Shown here: piece by piece, positions 37,985-48,460 of the stretch
How positions within the stretch are numbered: the first letter of the stretch is position 1
Layout of the letters: the number at the start of each line of letters is the position of its first letter
NCBI GenBank assembly: GCA_030704615.1
Contig: CM060732.1
Coordinates: 18,042,001-18,106,000, forward strand
DNA length: 64,000 nucleotides
Source: Takakia lepidozioides
Taxonomy: Eukaryota > Plantae > Bryophyta
Direction of reading: 5' to 3'
Position numbers and translations under genes: made by a program
The notes under the pieces: generated by a model
Databases searched by the model: none
The model's input: only the letters and a program-made list of their open reading frames with translations
Told to the model about the DNA's origin: nothing

Positions 37985-39440
37985 TTGTGAATCTAGGGTG
38001 GTCCAGAGAGCCAAAGGCATTTTCGAAGTCGATATAGAGGAGGTAGATGTCTTGTTTGGTAAGCTTAGCGTCTTCTAGGGCGGAGATAACATATTGTATC
38101 TGACGGATTGTGCTTCGTGTGGCCTGGAACCCTTCTTGGGGGTCGTTTAAAATCTGGTGTTGTTCTCCGTAACTAGACAACATCCTTGTTAGGGTACTGG
38201 TGAATAATTTATAGATAGTGTTGGCGAGGGCTATTGGTCTATAATTACTTAGATCTATTGGGTCATCTTTTTTGAATAATAGAATGGTTCGGCTATGTTT
38301 CCAGGAGAGTGCAATACGTTGAAGTGGGTAGCAAAGTTGAAAAAATTTAAAGATGAGAGAATGGAACTGGGGGTCAAGTGCTTGTAGGATGGCGTTGGGG
38401 ATTAGATCCGGGCCCGGGGCTTTTGATTTAGAAAGAGCTTTTAGGCATGAGTTGAATAGGTCTTGGGTAAAGAAGTTAATGATGTGGTCTTCGGGTCGGC
38501 CTCGCTTTTCAAGTGAGAAGCCATCAAGATCATGCCATGGGTAGTGTTTTACTTTACATAAACAGCTGTGTTGGTGTAGGTTAGGGGCAAGCAGTTATTG
38601 ACCGTGGGTGTGTATGAGTCAGAAGCTTGTAGCCAGATTTCAGGTCTAATATCCTTAGGGTGGGTTAACATATGGCCAAGTCTGTGTTTGATGCAATCGA
38701 TAGGTGGGTTGATTGCGGGGTTGAAGATGGCTTTGTGAGTTCTTTTGGGGTGGTCGTGTAGTAGCTTTCCAAAGGAAGTGACGAATTTTTTGTGGTTTTC
38801 GGTGGCTTTATGCTTTGTGATGGCATATGCAGCTTTTTTGGCATCTCTTCCAATCTTGGAGAGAGAGGCGGTCCACTGGGGGAGAGCAAGCGGGTCTGTG
38901 GAGGGAGGCATTAATGGTTGGCATATTGGTAGGGTGTTCAAGGCAGTAATACGTGGGTCGACTTGCCAAATGTTATATGAGGGGGTTGGGCGAGTAGGAG
39001 TGATGGAGAGGGCGCGTCTAATGGAGTGATAGATGTTGAGGTGTAGAGTCCATTCGCGTTTTTGGGTGCGGGTGAGATAACCTTCATTTTGTGTGGATCG
39101 AGTAGTTTGTGGGGGGTCGGGGGGAGAGGAGCATGTAGCCAGAACGCTTTTTGTCATTTCTTGCATAGTGGTTGTAAGTAGGTTTTCAGTTATGGCCCAG
39201 GCTTCGGTGGGGGGAAGGTTGGTGTCTAACAGTATTGAGGATATTTTGTGTATGAAGTTAGAGGAGGCAGGTTGGAAGTGTTTTTGGAAGGCGGTGATAT
39301 TGCACTGTGGTATAGGTGAAAGGATCTGCGGCTGTGGGGGCGGGGTGAGTATATCCGGAAAGGGTCGGAAAGGGACGTGGGACGGTGGGAGGCAGATGGA
39401 TACAGGTTTGGGGGGTGCACTCTTTATAAAATGTCCGTAT
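37985..39440 (-). mobile_element. LINE ORF2 fragment (pre-RT region and N-half of RT)
   Basis: Motifs KAPGPD, ILLFKKDDP...NYRPIALANTIYKLF, QEGF...RST and LYIDFENAFGSLDH. Confidence 0.88.
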
Positions 39441-39616
39441 CACGTGCGTTCGCCGCCTAATAAAAAAAACCCCTTATATACGGGTCCTTGGATCATTTAT
39501 ACCCCCTCTATACATACATTTTGAAGATTATAAAACCCCCTCCTGTAAATATATAGAAATTTTTAATTTTTAAAAAGTACCGCCTTCTGTATGTATATTT
39601 TCTTTTTCAATAATTA

Positions 39617-39731
39617 AAAAATACCCTCAAATATGTATATGTATGTTTTTATATTATATCAAGTTTATTCATTTAAAATAGAATAAAATCTAATAAATTA
39701 ATTTAAAAAAAATCTGTTTGCCCTCGATAAA
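39617..39731. repeat. AT-rich ~115-bp dispersed repeat, copy 2
   Basis: Near-identical to 33954-34068. Confidence 0.8.
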
Positions 39732-40103
39732 ACTTGCTGTGGAATCTCACTTTGAACAATAATCAGATGCAGGGAGGAAATGGACATTGTCAATGCCCGA
39801 TGTGCAAGAGGCCTGAAGAAAGTTTCTATTTTCTGATATACAGTCTTGGGTATTTTCATCAGAGAGTGACCCTCTTGAAGACCATCAAGACCTAGTCACT
39901 GCACCTCTGTTCATCAACTAGGACAGTTTCTGAACTTGTTCTACAGTTTCAACCTTCGCAAGGTCCAATTATGTTCAAAACCTACTGTTGAGAATTCCTC
40001 TCCAAAAAGAGATTTCGTGCGCCTTTGCTGCCACTGTTGGAGTCCAACCTGACTCGCAGCTGACAGAGTTCAATACATTCAATTAGGTGACAAGCATTTC
40101 ATT

Positions 40104-41180
40104 TCACCAATACTCCCCACAAGAACAAACACCATTTTGGAAGTGGTAAAAGCGGTTTGCATCCCGTACAACAATCTCTTGCTTAGCTATCTTTGAGATG
40201 AATTTGGTGGCTGTGTGGCAATCATCACACATCCGAAGATTCCTGATGATCCCCAAAGACATCCCAGAGGGTGTGTTGATAAGCCCAAAAACAATGGCCA
40301 GCTTCTCATTGTGGTGGCAAAGAGACGATTTTTTAAGCTCTTCCTCAACATCATGCAATGCAAAGCGGGCTTCACCCCTTCGCACATCATTTGCTCATAG
40401 GTCTCCAAAGCCTCCATCCCGCGCCCTTGCTGTGCATATCCTGCAATCATCGCACTCCACGACAGCACATCTCGTTCAGCCATACCGTTGAACACTCCCT
40501 TCATACATGTCCACGAGGGTATTGTTTAGAATGACATTTGATACAATTGCAAATCTGACAATGTCGCCATGGACCTCTTTCCCCTTTTCCAAAGCTGACA
40601 GGCTTGCACACACATTGCAAATATACACAAACGTGATGTGGTCGGGCTTCACCCCTTCCCCCATCATTTGATCATAGGTCTCCAAAGCCTCCATACCACG
40701 TCCTGCTGTGCATACCCTGCAAGCACCGCACTCCACGACACCACACCTTGTTCAGCCATGGAAACTCCCTTCGCGTCCTTAATGCACCCACATTTGGCAT
40801 ACATGTCCACCAGGGGAGTGTTCAGAATGACATCTGGTACAATTCCAGCTTTGACAATGTCACCATGGACCTCTTTCCCCTTTTCCAGAGCTTGCAGGCT
40901 TGGACACGCATTGCATCCTGCCAACATTATATTCCACGTGATCAAAGATCGTTGAGGCATTTTGTTGAACACTTGGTGAGCATCAATGATGCTCCCGCAC
41001 ATAACATACATGTTGACAAGGGTGTTGAGTAGAAAAACATCGTGGACTCCCTCTCTTGATCCTCTTTCAGAAGCTGTGGTCATGGTTGAGGTGCCTGATT
41101 TTATCAACTGTGCCGCTGCAGCTGTTGCCTTTAGTTGGCCGTCTACCCATGCAGGTTTCTTGTAGCTACTGACCCCCACA
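40104..41180 (-). pseudogene. Internally deleted PPR-DYW (RNA-editing factor) gene
   Basis: PPR motifs are followed by the DYW C-terminal half LHDVEEELKKSSLCHHNEKLAIVFGLINTP...NLRMCDDCHTATKFISK...RDANRFYHFQNGVCSCGEYW. The E/E+ region and PG box are absent, and frameshifts are present. Confidence 0.9.
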
Positions 41181-41521
41181 TGGAATCAAGGTAATCTGGA
41201 GCTTGAAGTCCAGCCCTCTTGGATGAATTTGGACCCACACTCTATCCATGCTCATTCAGGAAAAAACAGGGAAAAACTTCGATAACAGGGAAAAACAGGC
41301 TGAAATGTGTTGAAGAAGGTACCTTCATTAGCAACGCCTTGTTCTATCAAATGCACTGTTGCCGCTGCTGTTTCCAGTTGACTATCTACCCACGCAGCTT
41401 TCTTGTAGCTATTGATCCGCAGGGAATACACTCTCCGTTGGAGGAACAATTGGCCGCACATGAACAGCACATCAAAGACCTGCAGGACATTGTTCATTTG
41501 CAACGGTGACAACTAGCGAAG

Positions 41522-43327
41522 TTGCTGGAAAGAATGGGGTTGGGGACTCGAGACAGCGTACGCGGTGTGTTTCAGGACCCGAGGCCAATCACCAACGAGC
41601 AAGACATATTGGCGCGTTTGAATATGCCACCAATGGACATTGACCGCGTCATCGACGGGGTTGACTCAATCGGGCATGGGAATGAAGTACAAACATCTGA
41701 ACTGGACCCGGCGAGGGTTGAGGAAGAAAGACTTGCGGCGGAGAGGGCAAGAAAAGGGAAGGACCCCATAGTGGAAACTGGGGAATGTTCAGCCGTGCAA
41801 ATTATATCGGCCCAAGAACAGGAATTAGAGCAGCTTGTGGGGGAACGCGAGCAAGTTAGGGCTGTTGCATATCGGTACTCAAGTGCCATGCAAATCCGAT
41901 CGTGGCCATGGTTGAAGGGGAATTGGCGGAATTGGGTGACATGGGCGGGCCATCTAGCATCGCGGGAAACACGGATAGAAGAAGCGTTGTCCTCCCTCCA
42001 ACGTGTAGCACGTTTGTCGAATCGAAGCGTAGATAGCATCTATGCTAATTTGCAAAGGCACGACACTGTGCGTGATGTATTCACGTCGAAGTACACTGAA
42101 TTCACCACATGGGGTGATGTGCACGTCATGTTTGAGCACTGTGTGCATACAATTTCCGATACCAATAACAACATAAACTGGGATTTGGAAGTAGAGGAGG
42201 AGTGGGACACCAGGCCGAGGATGTCATCCTTCATTAATGAGGATAAACGGACGTGGATACCACAGAGCAATCCAGCGTCATGGGTAACAGATGGTACGGT
42301 GTGCACAATGTGCCTAAACCCTTATGGACCGGAGGGAGGCTATATGCTTGGTTCATGTGGCCATTTGTTCCATCCCACATGTCTCCTATCGGCAGCCATG
42401 CGAGCCAGCCAATGCCCTGACTGTCGTGGACCTATCCATCGACGTTTCTACGAGTTGTTTGGGTTGCAAGACAATATGCCCATGGGATACGAGTACAACC
42501 AGTACAACATGCCATTGGATGTATCGCCTTACGATTTTTTAAATTGGCAGCACTGGGGGGAGACAATGACATGGGATGCTCCAAGAGAGATGCACGCCTT
42601 GGATGCGAAGACGTTAACTAGGGTTAAAGATCCGGTGACCTTTTGGGTGACATCCAACTGGGAAATAACTGTTAGAGGCATACGGGACCCAGTCCAAAGG
42701 GAGTTTTTTTGCCGGAACTTGGGAGGGCATTGGAGCTGTACCAGACAAAGATTTTTCCGACTGCCTGAGGATCCGTGGGTGCCAGCGGAAAACGACCTAT
42801 ACAATCGCGAACCGATTGGGAGAGACCTATTTCTTAGGGAGTTGGAGGCCGCTAGCATCCGTTGGGAAAATATGAATGAGATGTATTGGGTGCCTCGTCG
42901 GGATGATGGGCCATTTCTTCCAGAGTTGCGCAGAAACCCCCAGCAGGAGGAGGTGTTGGACAATTTCAAGGCTGTCATCACGAGTGTGGAAAAGTATTAG
43001 CAGAACACATGGCGTGACCAAGTTGCCCCTATTCCAGGGGTGTTCTTGCCATTTCCAAACATATCGGATTTAATTGAAAAATTGCATGCCACCGTAGCAA
43101 GAGCGACACACCCGGCTCTGGCAAATGTGGAAGACAGTCAGCACTCGCCTAGAACGCTACGCATGATGGCAAGGGTGGACCACACAACACTGGGTCCCTC
43201 TTTGACCACTCGAGCCCAAGCTCGAGCTCTCCGTACTGGTGGAGGCACGTCCTCTACACCCGGAGCATCTTCATCAACATCTGGAGATGACGACAACGAA
43301 GTAATAAATCTAGATGAAGATGACTAG
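41522..43327 (+). CDS. Intronless RING-H2 finger protein (5'-truncated, frameshift near 43000), probably transposon-borne
   Basis: 492-codon ORF containing CTMC-x14-CGHLFHPTC-x10-CPDC. It continues in another frame at 43040-43327. Confidence 0.65.
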
Positions 43328-43429
43328 AAAGGCTAGAAACGTAGGGAGTAGGCCAAAGGTCTCAGGTTGCGAAAACTTAAATGTGCAACCTACTGTATAG
43401 TCTACGTAATTTTTGGAAATACGAGGTTC

Positions 43430-44070
43430 ATCCTTTGAACCATTTTTGAATGACCTCATACTTGTTCGGTACCTGTTTGACGGCATGTACAATATACTGG
43501 CAAAGTTTCAAAACAATCAAAAATTGTTGAATGAATATATCATTGGTTCACCCATTGCAATATTTTAAATCGAACTCATACTTGTCCGGTACCTTTAAGA
43601 GGGCATCTACAATGCAATGGCAAAGTTTGAAAGCATTCAGAAATCGGCACATCAAGTAACCATTGGTTCCTCCTGTGAACCATTTTTTATTGATCTCATA
43701 CTTCTCCGGTCCATGTAAGAGGCATGTAGAACATACTGGCAAAATTTCAAATCATTCAAATTTTTTTTTATCAATGAACCTTTGGTTTATCCTTTTCACC
43801 ATTAACGATTAATCACAAATAAATGAACAGACGCATAAATCATTTGCCTCCAAATGATTTTGGTTCGCTTTGAGACTTGGCCAGTATCTTCAATGTACCA
43901 TGGAAGAGGCCCCAGAGTAATATGAGATCAATCGAATTTTGTTCAATGGGCCAACGGATGCTTGCCCATCCAAATGATTTTCGTTCGCTTTGAGACTTGG
44001 CCAGTGTGTTCAATGTACCCTCTGATAGGTCCCAGTGCAATATGAGATCAATCAAAATTCGTTCGATGGG
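43430..44070. repeat. ~120-bp-period repeats: three direct copies followed by two inverted copies
   Basis: CTCATACTT...TGGCAAA(G/A)TTT at ~43456, 43575 and 43695. The reverse-complement form TTTGAGACTTGGCCAGT...TATGAGATCAA is at ~43869 and 43989. Confidence 0.75.
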
Positions 44071-44539
44071 CCAATGAGGCGTTCAGTTGTCATCTGGTTT
44101 TTCTTCATTGCGAAAAAGAAATCCTACAATGCGTGCACGATTATTGCACCCATTGAACGGATGTGGTTAAAGCCCCTCTTTTGCTTGCATGTGCTTGAAC
44201 ATGTGTGCGACACATGTGCGGAGACACAACAGACGAATAAATCATTTGCCTCCCCATCGACACCAAGCCATTCCATAATGTAATTGAATTTAAATTAATT
44301 TTAAACCAATAAATAGGTTTGCACAGCCTTTCATTGGGGGGTTTCTGGCATGTATCGATTTTGTTTTTTACTCAATTTTGTTCTGCGGCTTCCAGCATCC
44401 CACCACTACTCCCCCGGCAAAATTTGGACCAATAAAAAATGCCCCCAAAAAAAAGTGTTCTCTTCGCTTACTTATTGCATAACTCTCTATGAAGAGTGCA
44501 TGAAGTTGAACACAAATCAAGTTTGGAGTGCAAAACAGG

Positions 44540-46757
44540 GAAGAAATTGTGGTTTAGAGCTTCTGCAGTAATGCTGCCCCTGGGAAGCTCTCCACACTGT
44601 TTCTCCACTTCACGCGCAATGGCGCTTACATCTACCTTCTCCCCTACAGCAACCAATACCACCTGGCTGTCGAGTCCGTGTTCCGCCTTCATACACAACC
44701 AAATCAGCCAATTAGTATCTTCTGTCATAGACCAACATACATTCAATTCATATAGCAAAGCAAGGCAGAAAAATTGATTCTAACATCCACACACTAGAGC
44801 ACAGAGCTATTGCACACCAAATCCCATGCAAGAACTATACCACCTTTCCATGGCATGAACCACTCAGATCACTACTGAACAAAATACCTGCGACAGGAGA
44901 TCGGCAGCAACATGCACAGGGTTGGCATGGTTATCCGCAATCACCAAGACCTCTGATGGACCAGCAGGCATGTCAATGGACACCATTGCTTCACTGTTCT
45001 GCAGACCCGACATTACAGAGAGATTGAAAATCAGGAATTGTCTTAAAGAGTCTATGTTTGGAGATGAGTGCATAGGTTCTCTGGGGTGGTGGTGGACATA
45101 GATATTGCAGCAGCACCATGATAATGATCCCATTGAATGACAGGGTATGCATATTGCACTTGCCACTGGTTCCTGGAATAACTGGCGAAGCTTGAAGGCG
45201 AAGCTTGAAGGGGAGACCCCCAGTTTTGATGAAGGCAAAAAGAAGGAAAAGGCTCGACTGCTAGGTCTCAAATTTCTCATACCTGCAGGATCATTTTGGC
45301 AGCTGTAACATATTGGTTCCAAGGGCCAAAATTTTATCTACCTGCATAAATAAGCCAGCCTTCAACAAAATCAGTCGAGCCCCAATTTTACTGAAGTAAG
45401 AGATTCCAAAATACTTTAACCAAACTATATGTTGATTTATGGTTCTAGATATGGTAGATCATTTGCATCTTTGGATTTCCTCCGTTTGAAAGACTCTTTC
45501 TTGGACATGTCAGCTTCCAACATATAGCCAACGCTTGCAGCCTGTAAACATGCTCTTCAACAGTGCACTGACCTATTCCTAGATACCTTAGTCTTAAATC
45601 AATTCTAATGTGACCCCTTTGGGTTCAAATCCACACGTAGGCTATTGTTTGTGGATAAATCAGCTTTTCTGCAAAGCTACTAGTAGGTGGGTATCTTATA
45701 AAAAGGGTAATTAGGGCCTGGAGAGATCAATTCCCCAATAATAGTGACCATTAAAAAGTGAAGACCTTTTCAGGAAGGCAACATGAAATGACTCCATAAT
45801 GTTTTGGGCACCCTATTTTTGTCGTCGCAATCTAATACAGGGATGTTTCACTAGGATGTTTTACCACTGTTGTTTTGATTGCAATTCAATGCCAATGAAT
45901 TTACTCAGTCTAGGCATAGTCAGCAGATAGATTTCTGCCCAAATGCACCTAATTGTGTTTATGCAAGGAAATACATGGGTTCTAGCTGCAAAGACCGGGA
46001 TGCCTTGTTTATACTGGCTAAGGGAACCTTTCCATGTGATCCCCTCGCCCCCTGAACTTGACGTCATATATCTCAGCGTGGGTCAAAGCGCCTTGTAGTG
46101 TGACCTGGCACTCCATCAACCCGTTCTGGGGTGAGGAGGTTTGTAGCCACCGCAAATAGCGGATTTTGGGCTCCGCCGGTCACAGGCAGCTCTGTAACCT
46201 GCTATCTCGAGTCTTTACAATCTCTACAACCTACCACAGCAAGTTGTTCTGTGTGATAGAAGCAAAAGGAGAAACTGGATCCTGGTAGCCGCTGCTCTCA
46301 ACGGGTTGCACATAGCAAGGCCTTCCTGGAGTGATCCGCTCTCTGGCCTAGGTCATCCACGGGTGGGGGTTCTCACATGGAAAGAGGCCCTAACCCCTGT
46401 GACTGGCCTTTTAGCATGTACACATGTGGCTGCCAAAAATGTTACAGGAGCAGTGGCTGAAGCAGGTCTCCTAGGCAGGAGCTGGCTTTCTGGTCAGCAT
46501 CCCAGTCAGCCTTTGAAAGTAGTCGACTACTCATCATCATTGACTATCATGCTCAGGTTACCCCTTCAATAAAGGGCCACTCGGTTACAGGACGGAGAAT
46601 TGTTTAGCATATAGGACTTCTAACATGATTGCAGTGGGAGGCTCTTGTTGATTGAATTTGGAAAATCCCCAATGTGATCAGAATCCGGTAGTCTTGAACG
46701 GAAGAGGATACAAACCTTGGGACATGTTTCGGTGCCCCAAGCCATGGCTGCAACAGC
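44540..46757 (-). pseudogene. HISN8: Histidinol dehydrogenase gene fragment: four internal exons with introns
   Basis: Exons 46757-46716 (AVAAMAWGTETCPK), 45341-45283 (VDKI[15 protein letters not shown], 1 nt short), 44998-44888 ([22 protein letters not shown]...ADLLSQ) and 44686-~44540 (AEHGLDSQVVLV...). Introns are GT-AG. No 5' or 3' exons were found. Confidence 0.85.
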
Positions 46758-48339
46758 CTGCATGCAAATCCCAATACAGAGATGATCAATTCCTGCACTT
46801 CTTTCCAGTCTCCATGTTTTAAGCTTCTCTTCTGACTGCAGACCAGTATGCCTTGGTGCAACCCAGGAGGTTATCAAGCAAGTACTTGCCACTACAAGGG
46901 CCAAAATCTGTGCTTGTATATAATTCTCGAGTAGAGATGCCACCCTTGTTAGTCATCTATAGTAGTCTGCTCAATGCACTCTGCAGTTAGACTGCAGAAA
47001 CTAAATGTCTGAAAGCATGTAGCCCCATTGTGAGACACTTCAAAGTTACTTGGGTGGCGTGAGTAGAAAGCTTGGTCCTGTCATTGTCTGCTGACAGACA
47101 AATGCATGTGGTGTCTTGTAGTAGGGAATGCCTTAATCAATTTATTTGATGATTTGATGTTGCTTGCAGCTCCCATTGATACCCCAGCACATTGTAGGAA
47201 CAGGATGCACAAATCTTTTCCTGCGATGCAGCTTCGCGAAGGATTTAGCTAAGGTAAAAAACGTCTACCTAGCTGACCGTGAAGTGTGGAAGAGAGGCAG
47301 TGAGGGTGAGAGAGGTAAGGAATCCCACTTACCAGTAGAAACGCCTACCATGGCCTTGGTCTCCAAATCGCGAGATGTCCAGAGCCCACAGCTTCTAAAA
47401 CCTACCTGCCTCTCCACAATCGCATGCACACCCCTGGAATAGCGCAATGCACCCCATCGCTTTCCTCTTACGCCTACCCCTAAGCCCACAATCCCTTCAA
47501 ACCAAGCCGAGCTTCGAGCGTCTGAAACAAGAAAAGGGCCGCGAAGATGGATATTGGAAAACGAAGAGAGAAGAACACGGTCAATGGGCAGCGTCACCAT
47601 AGCCCGAGCTGTGATCGTGCTTGCGAACCTTTGCTATCCAGGGAATCTAATCTACGTGTGCACTTTTCAGACGATCTCATCTTGGGTGTTGTCACTTCGG
47701 ATGGACATGAGTTATCCGGAAATGCAGACCTCAGTTTCATCGTGACGCACCTGCCGGTTAGCTAGCAGGTCTGGCAGGAACCTCGACGGCTGCCGCACCT
47801 GGCTGCTAACAAACTGTCGCGCGGCGGTTTGTTAGCAGGAGCGCAAAAACAATTAATTCGGGCTGCGCGACCGTCTTCCCCGCGGCTATGGACTAGGTGG
47901 CATTCGAGAGGAGCCCCTGCTACCGGATATAGCAGGGAGCCAGGACCTACCGAGGCGCGTTAGCGGCGAGGTGTCATGGCGACCTGCTATCTCGAGCGCT
48001 ACCGGACATAACCGTTTTTAGGGCAGCGAGCCAGCCAGTGTAACCTTGTATGTACCTACCACCACCGGATATAGCAGGAACCACCGAGCCGCATAAGTAG
48101 TAGGTCGTAGAATACCACATATAGCACCCGTCCTCAAATCCAGTAGAAACATGCCACGTTAGCGAGTCTCTTCTAAAAATCGGTTATGGTGGACGAAGCC
48201 CGTGGGAGCTGCTTAGGCCCCCGCCACACCAGCTGTTACCTAGCAGCCCTGCTAATGTCCGCTCAAAATAGGTCTGCTAGGGTTTAGCTAACGAGGAGCC
48301 GTACCAACAGTTAGCGTACCTATGTGTAGCTAATGTTAA

Positions 48340-48460
48340 TGTATAGCGGAAAGTTCCTGCCCGAGGACTTTCCGCCGTTTAAGGGTGGGCAGAGGGCGGG
48401 AGCCCGAGGGCATACCCGCAAACGGCGGAAAGTCCGCGGGCAGGAACTTTCCGCTGTGTA
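48340..48460. repeat. Hairpin: 38-bp inverted arms (48343-48380 and 48420-48457) around a 39-bp loop
   Basis: ATAGCGGAAAGTTCCTGCCCGAGGACTTTCCGCCGTTT versus AAACGGCGGAAAGTCCGCGGGCAGGAACTTTCCGCTGT, with 2 mismatches. Confidence 0.9.

Noticed and set aside
40104-40385. U-to-C type DYW variant
   Set aside because: The terminus is CSCGEYW and the region that would be diagnostic is deleted; there is no positive evidence.
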